64,000 nt of DNA from Nitrososphaeraceae archaeon. Lineage in GTDB: Archaea; Thermoproteota; Nitrososphaeria; Nitrososphaerales; Nitrososphaeraceae. Location: NCBI GenBank assembly GCA_035250975.1, contig DATFEP010000013.1, positions 1 to 64,000 of the forward strand, in the 5' to 3' direction. The position numbers and the translations under genes were made by a program. This document shows positions 52,873-62,666 of this stretch, piece after piece. The first letter of the stretch is position 1, and the number at the start of each line of letters is the position of its first letter. The notes under the pieces are model-generated. The model worked only from the letters and a program-made list of their open reading frames with translations. It did not search any database and was not told where the DNA came from.

Positions 52873-53301
52873 TTAACTTCCAATTAATTGAACTACAATT
52901 TTTCTATTTCTACTTCTTGTATCCAATTCTAGTAAAACAATCTGCTGCCAAGTTCCAAGGGTGACTTTACCATCAACGAAAGGGATAGTTAAACTGGGTC
53001 CAATTAATGACGCTCTTACATGTGAGTGTCCATTGCCATCATGCCATGTATTATCATGTTCATATTCAATATCTTTAGATGCAATTCGTTCCAACATTCT
53101 GGGAAAATCCTTTCTCAGACCTGGTTCATTCTCTATGGTAGTTAATGCTGCTGTAGAACCAACCACAAAAAGTGTTACTATCCCATTTTTCAATTGACTT
53201 TGTAGTAATATCTTGTCTACATTACTTGTAATATCAATAATATCATTTTCGCCTCTAGAAGACAATGTAATATATTTAGTAACTATGTTTGATCCAATCA
53301 T
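52873..53301 (-). CDS. yjbQ: YjbQ/UPF0047 family protein
   Basis: IIDIT, STAALTT.E.EP, YEH, NGHSHVRASL.G.S, LGTWQ. Confidence 0.93.
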   Translation of the reverse strand: MIGSNIVTKYITLSSRGENDIIDITSNVDKILLQSQLKNGIVTLFVVGSTAALTTIENEPGLRKDFPRMLERIASKDIEYEHDNTWHDGNGHSHVRASLIGPSLTIPFVDGKVTLGTWQQIVLLELDTRSRNRKIVVQLIGS

Positions 53302-54026
53302 TTTATTGAAAATATAGAAATTTTTGAATTTAAATTATACGTCTAGATATAAATCATCTCAAAATAGGTGCTAAATTAACCCAACAATGCAAAAAGTGTT
53401 ATCAATACAGTAGTAGATTGATTAATTAAACTATTTAAAAGGGTAAAAAAAGTATATTTTTTTCGATTTTTATTCATGAATTTATAAAATCCTTTGCTGG
53501 GAACTTTTTCATTAGTCTCCTGAGAGTACCCGTTCTTTATCTCAATTAGATATATTATATTGTATGTTTGGGATTCTCATGGATAAATGTTTAGACTTGC
53601 CTCTTAGCTGATATTGTTTTAATTAAATTTTCGTCAATCTCAGGAAGTTCTACCTTAGCTATATTAATTAAGTTCCTTACAGAAAGGATCGGGGAGTAAT
53701 TGCTGAAAATTAGGAAAAATTCCAAGTACATTTTCCAACTTCATTTTATACATTTATTCATGTACTCGAGACATCAAATAATAGTGATGACCGTGTATTA
53801 TATCGAGTCGGTCTCTACTCTGTTTATCCATTAGTTAGTTAGTTATTTGTGTTCTTAATTTATCCTGGCTAGGAGAAACATTAAAAGTAGTTTAATATTT
53901 AACATTCAGAATTATTCATGTAAAAAAGAATAGACGTTGAGAACGATTACATTAGACCAATAGTAACTTGTTAAAAAAGAAAAAAAATATTTTTATGTGA
54001 CTTTTTTAGTTTGTCATTCCCTTTGA

Positions 54027-54734
54027 TTAGTCTTCTCGGTCATAATGTTTTTTATATTCATCCTTTCCATAGCTATCTCTGTATTTAGAGTCGTAATTTT
54101 TATATTCATCCTTTCCATAGCTATCTCTGTATTTAGAGTCGTAATTGTTATGTTCCCTTTCTGATTGATCTTCTATAGTGTTAGTGTTGCTTTGCAATCC
54201 ATCACCAGTATTTTGCTCGCTAGCCTGTGCTTGTGATTGTGCTAAAGAAACATCGACCTTTACCTTATTTTCGCTTTTACACCATACAAGGGTATTCTTG
54301 TCAATGCTTAATTGAGCAAGTTTATTTTCATCCTGTCCACCTGCTGCTGTTGCACCTTCCTCAGCGTCTGTTGCTCCAAGTCCACTGATGCCAACGTTTA
54401 CAGGTACTTGAAATTGGCTCTGCTCTTGATCTGGATCCAATATGTTTGTTATCGAGTTATCACATTTAATTACCTCTACTTTTACATTTTTATCTTTTGG
54501 ATCAAAATATTTTGCATATTCATTACTTGCAACGTTATCGTTGAAATTAGACTTTTGTTTGTCATCATTGTAATAAGACTTTTGTTTGTCATCATTGTAA
54601 TAAGACTTATATTCGTCTCCATCCCTTTCTGCCTGTACATCTGTGCCTAATGACGGAGCCACTAGACCAGTTATACTTGCTGCTGCTATCATCATTAGAA
54701 CAAAACTGATCGTTTTGTTTTTTTGCCTATTCAT
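54027..54734 (-). CDS. Secreted hypothetical protein with Tyr/Asp/Lys tandem repeats
   Basis: Signal peptide; KSYYNDDKQ x2 (27 nt) and NYDSKYRDSYGKDEYK x2 (48 nt). Confidence 0.8.
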   Translation of the reverse strand: MNRQKNKTISFVLMMIAAASITGLVAPSLGTDVQAERDGDEYKSYYNDDKQKSYYNDDKQKSNFNDNVASNEYAKYFDPKDKNVKVEVIKCDNSITNILDPDQEQSQFQVPVNVGISGLGATDAEEGATAAGGQDENKLAQLSIDKNTLVWCKSENKVKVDVSLAQSQAQASEQNTGDGLQSNTNTIEDQSEREHNNYDSKYRDSYGKDEYKNYDSKYRDSYGKDEYKKHYDRED

Positions 54735-55263
54735 TATTTCTTGTTACTCTATTAAATATATCTGAGCTAGGACTGATCATTAAATAAATTTTTACTAATT
54801 CAATATTCTGAATTAACGACAGTAAAATACATAAAAAAATATGTTTAAGTACAATATGAAATCGATAAGAATTCAACAGGGAATTGATTTGTAACATCAC
54901 CAGAGTAATAAATTATTAATCAATTATTTTCAATTCTATAATTATATGAATTTAGATAAAGCTCTTGCTACTGCACAGTAGATGGATTCAAGTAGTGAAT
55001 TCATGAAAAAACAAATAAAATTTATCGAAAATATATCTTTACCAAAAAAATTCATCTGAAGTTTTTAACTCAAGAAAAATACGTAAAACAACATGTATAA
55101 AACCAAATTATTCATAAATTCTATTAATTAATAAAATATATGGAACGATATTATGTAAATAGATTATTTCTTGTATATATAATAATAAAATTATATTAGT
55201 ATATTATAATGATAGATAAATCTTTATCAAAAATTTTTTAAATCATTTAATAAACAATAATTT

Positions 55264-55488
55264 ATGAGAAGCATGAAAACAAGAACATTTGCCGAGTGGT
55301 GAACCAGCCTTCCCTCTGATTTACGAAAGAAATCTTTAGAAGTTGCAGAAGAAAATATTGATGATAATAAAAAGACAATTGAAAAGATAAACTATGTGCT
55401 CTATCATCTTAATTTAGCTACCAATAAAGATAAAAAACCGACACTTGACGAATTTAAATTTTGGTTTCAGAGTGGACAATTAAATTGA
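55264..55488 (+). pseudogene. Small hypothetical gene with an in-frame TGA at 55300-55302
   Basis: MRSMKTRTFAEW*TSLPSDLRKKSLEVAEENIDDNKKTIEKINYVLYHLNLATNKDKKPTLDEFKFWFQSGQLN*. Confidence 0.5.
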
Positions 55489-56254
55489 ATTTCGATACTG
55501 ATACAGATTTAATGTATAGTCACAATACTGTGAAAACTATTAAGATAATTTTATACTACTGTATCGATTTTTTCGGTAAAGCTAATTTTATTAAGTCTCG
55601 ATCTTTAATGCAATATTTATTATTTCATAATCATGAAGTATATTGAGTCCATTATAAATATCCAAAGTTATTATTTGATTTGAATAAACTTCAAATTCTA
55701 ATAGGAAATACCATTAACATGAAATTTGGCTTTTCTGTCTTCGTCTGTAACAATGATCTTTTAATGTTCGGATTATTTTCAAGACACATAGATCTAAAAT
55801 AAATCGTATTATTTTCTTTTGAAGATAATTGACTTTCACTAAAATAACTAACTGTAGTGTAGATGAAAAGCATATTAAACAGTATATTTCCCGATAAAAT
55901 ACCAGTTTTTAACTTTCGGATAGTATCCAATTTGTTGACTTTGCAATAGGCAAGATGTTACTTAATTAAGACTACAGACAGAAACGGGATGACAAATGTC
56001 GATGGACAATCATATATTTCTCATTTGATTAAATTCTAAGATTAACTGTATGTGTAATTTCTCAATTAAAGCACAAGACACGTCAACTAAAAATTTACAC
56101 CCAAAGATTCAACATCAATAGAAAACCTATCAAAACCTATCAATAAACCCAAAATGAATTTTGGAAGCCATAACTAAGGAGACAGATAAAAAGACTGGTA
56201 TAAATCAAATGAAAAATATAATATTTATTAGAAACCGAGTTCAAGTATATTTAC

Positions 56255-56374
56255 ATGTGTTTCGATTACGAAATACCAGAGAAGATTGAACTAAAATACA
56301 AGAAATTGGTTAAAAAGCAAGAAGAAGACGACACAGACAAAGTGGAAGAAAAACCAATTATCATCAATGCCTAA
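56255..56374 (+). CDS. 39-aa microprotein (not in the ORF track)
   Basis: MCFDYEIPEKIELKYKKLVKKQEEDDTDKVEEKPIIINA; TATA-like element about 30 nt upstream and an oligo-T tract right after the stop. Confidence 0.55.
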   Translation: MCFDYEIPEKIELKYKKLVKKQEEDDTDKVEEKPIIINA

Positions 56375-56399
56375 CTTTTTTTATTATTTTGAACTGCAA

Positions 56400-57030
56400 T
56401 TTTATTGAACTTCCTTAAAAGAACATACTCTCTATTGACGATCAGTTGAACTGCTTAACAATTTTATTTTGTTTAATGATCTAAAACAAAATTGACATTA
56501 GAAGACGCCCTGAAATTTTAAGAACACAATATTTAAAAAGAATTTCTAATAACATTGCCGTGGGTCATCCTGAAAAAATTAAAAATTAATCTAGTATAGT
56601 GCTTAGAAAATATGTCCTTGAATAACAATTAGATTCACTGATAAAAAAATACGATATTTTTTTTACAAGTCAAGCCACCGAGAGAGCTCTATCAAAAAAA
56701 CGCCTACGGTCTTTTGTAAAGCTATCATCACTTGAAAAAATCTTGATATAATTCAGTTTGGCCATTTTATTTTTTATAGTGATAAACCCTACCTGCAAAT
56801 ATCGAATTCATCTGCTGCATTTTTTAGATTATTTCTGGATCATAAAGCTTTCATAAAATCTTGTAAAATGTCGGATCTATCTCAATAAAGTTAAAATTCC
56901 GATCAGTAGCGACGTCTGGCAGAATTAGAATATTGTGATAATAAATTATAAGCTGATATCAGTAGCATTCGACCAACTAAAATAATCAGGTAAAAACAGT
57001 CAATAAACAAATATTTTAATGCTTTATCGA
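56400..57030 (-). pseudogene. Possible decayed DUF72-family gene
   Basis: Fragments FNFIEIDPTFYK and FQVMIALQKTVGVFLIELS resemble the DUF72 motifs VEIDSTFY and LL.QLPP; many stops. Confidence 0.4.
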
Positions 57031-57572
57031 TTTTTAGATTACTACCGTTTTGCAAAATCGTAATGAAACTCATTTATTTGCAATCAGATGACTTATTTAA
57101 TGAATGTAAATAATGTATATGCCCAAAATTGTTTATATTGTTTTACCATCTGATTCTCTACATACCGTACTAGCAATTGTGTTAAAAAGAGAGTATCTAA
57201 AACAATAGCTTCTAAAAGTGACAAAATCTCCAAATAATAAAACAGGCAATTCTGAACCAATTAAATCATTTATCGATAAGGAAGTCGTTAGCTCAGAAAT
57301 ACTATAGAAAATTGATCACATCCTGTTAGCAACAGAAATGGAGAGGGATCCTATCACAAGGACAGAGGAGTTTACACATTCTATAAGCAGTAGGAGCGTT
57401 GAAAGAGGAAAGGATAAGTGATCTATCAATTGGACAATCCTATGAAATCTTATCGGATTAATAATAAACATACATATAGAGAGCTATAAAAGACATGAAA
57501 GAATTTGAAAAATAAAGAACTTTAAACTTTTAAAGTTTACCTATATATATAGTATAAAATGCTTTTGAATGT

Positions 57573-57983
57573 ATGGTGAGAAAGAAGGTGTTTACAAATT
57601 TAAATTTATTATCAATATTTTTGATTTTTATTTTAGCAATTTTATCTATACACATAATGTTATCGGAGTCATTTGTTACAGGTCAACAACGAGATTCTCT
57701 ATTATCATATCTCCCAGAAAATTTTAGAGTTCTCTTTGTTAATAATCAATCATCAATGCTAAGTAATGCAGATCTAAGTAATCAAGCGTCAATTGAATTA
57801 GAACAATCACAAATTGCAGCAGAATCTATGGCAGTAAATGTATTAGAAGATCTACCAAGAGGAAGTACACGTATAGAAGACATAGATAATCAAACTAAAG
57901 CTGATATATTGATGAACAGTAGTGAATTGAAGGAAATTGAAAATATTATAGCAAATAAAAGAAGTGGGATTGATCAAATTTGA
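57573..57983 (+). CDS. Membrane-anchored hypothetical protein
   Basis: N-terminal TM helix; TATA-like element upstream. Confidence 0.7.
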   Translation: MVRKKVFTNLNLLSIFLIFILAILSIHIMLSESFVTGQQRDSLLSYLPENFRVLFVNNQSSMLSNADLSNQASIELEQSQIAAESMAVNVLEDLPRGSTRIEDIDNQTKADILMNSSELKEIENIIANKRSGIDQI

Positions 57984-58239
57984 TCAATCTATATAAGCAC
58001 TTAAATGAGATAATTTTACATTAAGGTTTATTATTTTTGAATTTAGAATTTAAAAAATATCATAAATTTTCTCAAAACTTTCAGTTAGAGATTAGCAATT
58101 CGTTAAAAGATCAATTTCAAAATGTTCTTTAAAACATATCAACAAGATTGTCTTGAATTTTCAGATGGTTAGAATTCAATATTGTTATGAGTGGATTTTC
58201 ACAATACTTTTATAAATTGAATGTATCATTTACAAACAG

Positions 58240-58887
58240 ATGTTGATCGATAGTATAAAAACTAAAGTTATATTATCGATTATGATTACTCTTTTCTTTT
58301 CTGTCTTGCAATATTCTGACTCTTTTGCTCAAAATACTAACACTTCATCAGATGATCCCAAAATGAACGAAATAAAGCCACCTTGTGAACTAACTGTCCC
58401 AACAGTACAAGGACCATACTATAAAGAAGGTGCTCCAATCAAAGAAGGAAAAGAGTTTGTCGGAGAAATGGAAGGAGAAAGGTTAGTAGTTACTGGGAGA
58501 GTCATGAGTTTTCTTGACTGCAATCCAGTAAATGGTGCCGTCTTAGATTTTTGGCAAGCCGACTCTAAAGGAAAGTACGACAATACGGATTTTAACCTAA
58601 GAGGCAAAGTTATTTCTCATGAGAATGGAAACTATACACTAGATACTGTACTCCCTGGAAGTTATTCTGAAGGAAATATTACTAGGCCTGCGCATATACA
58701 TGTAAAGGCATGGATTCCTGAAAACCCTGGTAATCCATCATTGGTTAGTCAATTATATTTTGAAGGAGATCCAAATATGGATATCTTTGTAAAAGAACCA
58801 TTGATAATGAAAATTATAGATAAAAATGGCACAAAATTTGCTAATTTTGACTTTGTTTTAGAAGACTATCGAGAGTTTGGTAAGTAG
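58240..58887 (+). CDS. Secreted intradiol ring-cleavage dioxygenase-like protein
   Basis: QGPYY, DFWQADSKGKYD, LRG, PGSY, RPAHIH. Confidence 0.9.
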   Translation: MLIDSIKTKVILSIMITLFFSVLQYSDSFAQNTNTSSDDPKMNEIKPPCELTVPTVQGPYYKEGAPIKEGKEFVGEMEGERLVVTGRVMSFLDCNPVNGAVLDFWQADSKGKYDNTDFNLRGKVISHENGNYTLDTVLPGSYSEGNITRPAHIHVKAWIPENPGNPSLVSQLYFEGDPNMDIFVKEPLIMKIIDKNGTKFANFDFVLEDYREFGK

Positions 58888-59611
58888 TGAGTCGAATAAA
58901 GATATTTTTTGTCACCTGCGTAGCAATGATCTTTACTAATGCAAATATTGTTGTTGGTACTATTTATGAAATTTATTTTTGATATATTCTAAAGATCACA
59001 TTTCTCTTTTTCTCTAAAATTTCCATCAGATTCAATAATTGGCGTTACAAATATGGTAATACATCTTCTTTTATCTTATCACGTTCTGGTAAATTATTAA
59101 TTTCTTCTTTACTTTGCCGACCCTTATTCTTTATCGCTAAATAGTAATATTGTTAGAACAAGACAACCTGGTGCTAGCAGTACTCTTTATTTACATTTCT
59201 AGAAGATATTCTGCAGATGTTGAACAATACGCATCATGAAATTTATCATCTGTGAATCCCTGTAATCACATCTCATTGTCTTGTTACCCATAACTGGGTA
59301 AAGGGTTTACTTGGTTACCAGAGAATCTTCTCATATTGGTAACTATGTTACAGTATTTGGTAAGATGAGTAGAACGTATTATGTATATGCATATTCCAAT
59401 CGAATCTATTTGTAGGTTTTTAAGTTAAATTGTTTTTACCATGATGCTGGATCACTAGCATTTAGTGGTACTTTACGGGTAGAAAAGATATATAATGATG
59501 TCGTTACTGCCATACTTATACTGTTACATACATCATCTTCGAATACCTCAAGTTGTTTAATGTATACCATAGAGCAGATATTGAAGAGTTAAAAAATAAG
59601 AAATTAGTTAT

Positions 59612-59995
59612 TCAGGGTATCAAGGAATTGATATGGTTTATAAAAATATCTTTTGGAACTTGTTTTGAAACATAACATTCCTCTCCAAATTCTGGATGGA
59701 TTTCTGCTAATGCTTTATAATTTATTAGTGATGATGTCATAAAACATATTTTAAATTCTTGAGGTGTATCCTCTACCCTTTTTGATAATTCAAGCAATTT
59801 ATTATAAAGATCAAAACCATCCATTACAGACATTTTAAAACCAACAAGAACAAGATCATAGTCTTGAGATCTAAATTTTTTTTCTGCCAATTGTGGGTCG
59901 TTTATTAAAATTAGATTGAAACCTTCTTCTTCCAACCATTTCTTATATCTTAAAGAAGTATCAAGATCATCATCAACTATTAAGATATTTTTCAT
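59612..59995 (-). CDS. Stand-alone response-regulator receiver domain lacking the phosphoacceptor Asp
   Basis: ILIVDDD, YDLVLVGFKMSVMDGFDL (Gly in place of Asp), CFMTS. Confidence 0.85.
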   Translation of the reverse strand: MKNILIVDDDLDTSLRYKKWLEEEGFNLILINDPQLAEKKFRSQDYDLVLVGFKMSVMDGFDLYNKLLELSKRVEDTPQEFKICFMTSSLINYKALAEIHPEFGEECYVSKQVPKDIFINHINSLIP

Positions 59996-60603
59996 TAAAT
60001 ATGATGTAACATACCCTACTAGAAAACAATATCGAGATGTAAATGTAAATTATTATAAGGTGCCAAAAGATAAAAGGGAGGAACTGAAAAAAGAGTTTTT
60101 ACATTATTAAAACAAATCTTTTACTAGTATTCATGTTATTGCTGTTGTTAGCAACGTCGTTAGGGTAACAGATTAATTAATTATTGAAAAAAGAAAAAAA
60201 CAGTTTGTTCCATTTGTATTCTGGTTACCAAAGTCTTCCCTGATAAATATTTTCCAATTCTATTCTTCCATTCAAAACGACAAATTGGGTTTTGTATACT
60301 ACAGATCTGTGGTTGTCTCGCTCCTCTTGTTCCTGTTGCCGCGAGATCATTATTTTAAGCACAATCTCAAAAAATAATGTTGAATCTAGAGGAACAACGA
60401 ATCGCAGATATGGGAATTGCTATTCCAAAGTAGCTTAATCTTAAGAAAGTGTCTCTTTATTACATGAGTACTTGGACCCATCTAAACATCCGCCGTGGTA
60501 TTAGAAGGATCAAATAGAGTTGCGAGTGCATTATTACGCCTCATCTCGATAAGAAATTGATCCTCTGTTATTGGCATATAACAAGACCAAATTCTCAGTT
60601 TAA

Positions 60604-60797
60604 TACTGTCGAAAGTGTGGTTATGACAATATAAATGAAAATAAATATTGTTCTAAATGCTTTATTTTGTTTATATCTATCCAGTCACGGGGTCTAATTA
60701 TAAATACAATGTTTATAGCTTTGAAGATACTTTAATTGAGTTAAGTAGGCCAAAATATAGAAAAGCCAGGTTTCTAATTCTTTATCACCGTAAATAA
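60604..60797 (+). pseudogene. Zinc-ribbon fragment followed by a short frame containing FEDTLIELSRPKYRK
   Basis: YCRKCGYDNINENKYCSKC is preceded by TAA; a separate frame at 60657-60797 matches the C-terminus of 4554-4766. Confidence 0.45.
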
Positions 60798-61036
60798 TAT
60801 TAAATAAAGTAAAAAAATTTTAAAAAATGTAAAATAATGCATTTTTTGCTATAATATCATAGCTATGAAATTTTGTAAAAAATTACAGAGTATTTATTCC
60901 ATTATCTTTCTAAATCTGCTGGTAACTATGGTAAGGTTATAGAGGGGTAGCCTTTTGGCATATATACGGTTTTTAATTGGGTGTTTTGTGCCAGATACCT
61001 CTAAAATTGGAGAAGATATAAACAAAAATTGCAAAC
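60719..61036 (+). repeat. Dispersed diverged ~330-bp repeat, copy 2
   Basis: Colinear with 4706-5040, same orientation. Confidence 0.9.
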
Positions 61037-61368
61037 TGAAGACAGTAGTAGACCTAGTTTTGATTCTCATAGTGGAGGTATTCTTACGATATCGTTCCAG
61101 AAGTCAGGGAATGACTATTTTACATGTATTCAGGCGATTGAGCAAACTGAAGATAAATGGAAGACCAGTTGTCCCATAACAACTTTAGCATACACAACAT
61201 GCTTCATTTTCTATGCATACCTATAAAGACAATCTGTTTACTGACAAGAATATTCTTATCGCACAGTACTAAACTATCAAATTGTCCTTCTAAAATTATT
61301 GTAGCTTTGGTATTTTTTTCTTTTAAATTGATTTTATCTAGGATAAAATATTAGCAGGCGATAATTGA

Positions 61369-61518
61369 GATAACCAGATCGTTAAACCATCGCTATTTAC
61401 TAAAAAAGAATTAGAATGGCTATTACATAATAAACAATTAGTAGGTAATTATCATCGAAAGATTAAAAGCCAAATTAGAAAAAAAATTGATAATTTTGAA
61501 AGTCTTCTTATCACATAA
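61369..61518 (+). pseudogene. Fragment of a small protein paralogous to 62111-62440
   Basis: LFTKKELEWLLHNKQLVGNYHRKIKSQIRKKIDNF; no in-frame start. Confidence 0.5.
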
Positions 61519-61929
61519 TTGAAAAAAAAGCAACTAACCCGCACAATTTTCAAACCCAGATGATGAATGAAGTATGATGAAGTTATTTTGCACATGGTTA
61601 TAAATTGGGTATGAGAATTCTGAGGTTCATTGAATCGCCTAATCCAGATAAGCATTATATCTAAAAATTATTGATCCAAACTAATAAAAATAAACAAAGA
61701 ATCTTTCATACACGTTCTTCTTTAATGATATTACTAGAGAATAAATATTTTTATTTATCTAGAGTTGAGGGAAAAGGTTATTGAAACATTGAATTTAATT
61801 ACTCTCGATCCTAAATCCATACATCATTACATATTACAAAAATACTTCAAGTTAGAAATAAATGATTTTTTAAAAAATAAAAAAACATGACAATAAAGTT
61901 ATTAGATTTACTTTTATATCATTATAATT

Positions 61930-62067
61930 ATGAGTGATAAATCTGAAAATGAGGAAGAAAGTGAACAAACTGAAAGAGAAGAAACTAAGGATGAAGTTCA
62001 TCACATAGAGGATGATAAACAGGAAGAAGAAGATGAAGTTGAAGAAGAAAAATATGAAGGTGAATAA
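61930..62067 (+). CDS. 45-aa extremely acidic microprotein (not in the ORF track)
   Basis: MSDKSENEEESEQTEREETKDEVHHIEDDKQEEEDEVEEEKYEGE. Confidence 0.5.
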   Translation: MSDKSENEEESEQTEREETKDEVHHIEDDKQEEEDEVEEEKYEGE

Positions 62068-62110
62068 CTGTCACTGTTTGAGATTAATCTAATTACCGAT
62101 TTTAGGGATA

Positions 62111-62440
62111 TCAAATAATATTATAATTTTTTATTTTTTGTATTACAGACTTGAGGGGGATTCGATCCTGCGACCTTTTCCTTACTAAGTCATTATCATT
62201 TTCAATATTTTCTACAATAATGGGATCAATATTGTAATTGTCGTATCCAAAGGAAATCAAGTTATTTTCTACAAGTAGCGGTAATTCATTTTCCAAGAAT
62301 ATACGAACCTTCTTTTTAATATTTGATCTCATTTATACTCAAAGTTTTTTGAAATAGATTGTTCTCCTTTTCCATTGAGTTATTCAAATTCTGATTTTGT
62401 TAGAAATAAATAATTTGATTTCTTATCATTTTTGTTAAGT
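62111..62440 (-). pseudogene. Disrupted small protein gene overlapping a tRNA-like remnant
   Basis: FLTKSEFE*LNGKGEQSISKNFEYK, then a 1-bp frameshift, then MRSNIKKKVRIFLENELPLLVENNLI. Confidence 0.55.
62147..62190 (-). mobile_element. Degenerate tRNA 3'-half (tRNA-Thr(GGT)-like), probable att remnant
   Basis: Reverse complement ACTTAGTAAGGAAAAGGTCGCAGGATCGAATCCCCCTCAAGTCT resembles anticodon loop, variable loop AGGTC and T-arm GCGGGTTCGAATCCCGC. Confidence 0.5.
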
Positions 62441-62666
62441 GTTTTATTTTTCTAATAGATAAGGATTTTAGTCATTGTTATTATAGATATCGAAATGGCT
62501 ATTAGAATAGAATACAAAATGTTTTCTATTTACATGGATCTTTTTTGATTAATCTTTATTTCAAATGATTCTGAAAAGTTGGTTCAATCTATAATATCTA
62601 TTGACAACAACATATAGATAAATTAATAAGATAAATTAATAATAACAAAAAACACTGCATAGTTTC

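Noticed and set aside
43930-54610. Short tandem repeats as a CRISPR array
   Set aside because: They are in-frame coding repeats without unique spacers, and no cas genes are present in the window.
49135-55302. Genetic-code expansion (Pyl or Sec) to explain the in-frame TAG and TGA
   Set aside because: No pyl or sel machinery is visible, the SelB-like protein lacks a P-loop, and many genes here end normally at TAG or TGA.
57100-57520. Coding-like decayed sequence (also at 8880-9120, 59040-59570 and 60200-60520)
   Set aside because: Multiple stops and no family could be recognised.
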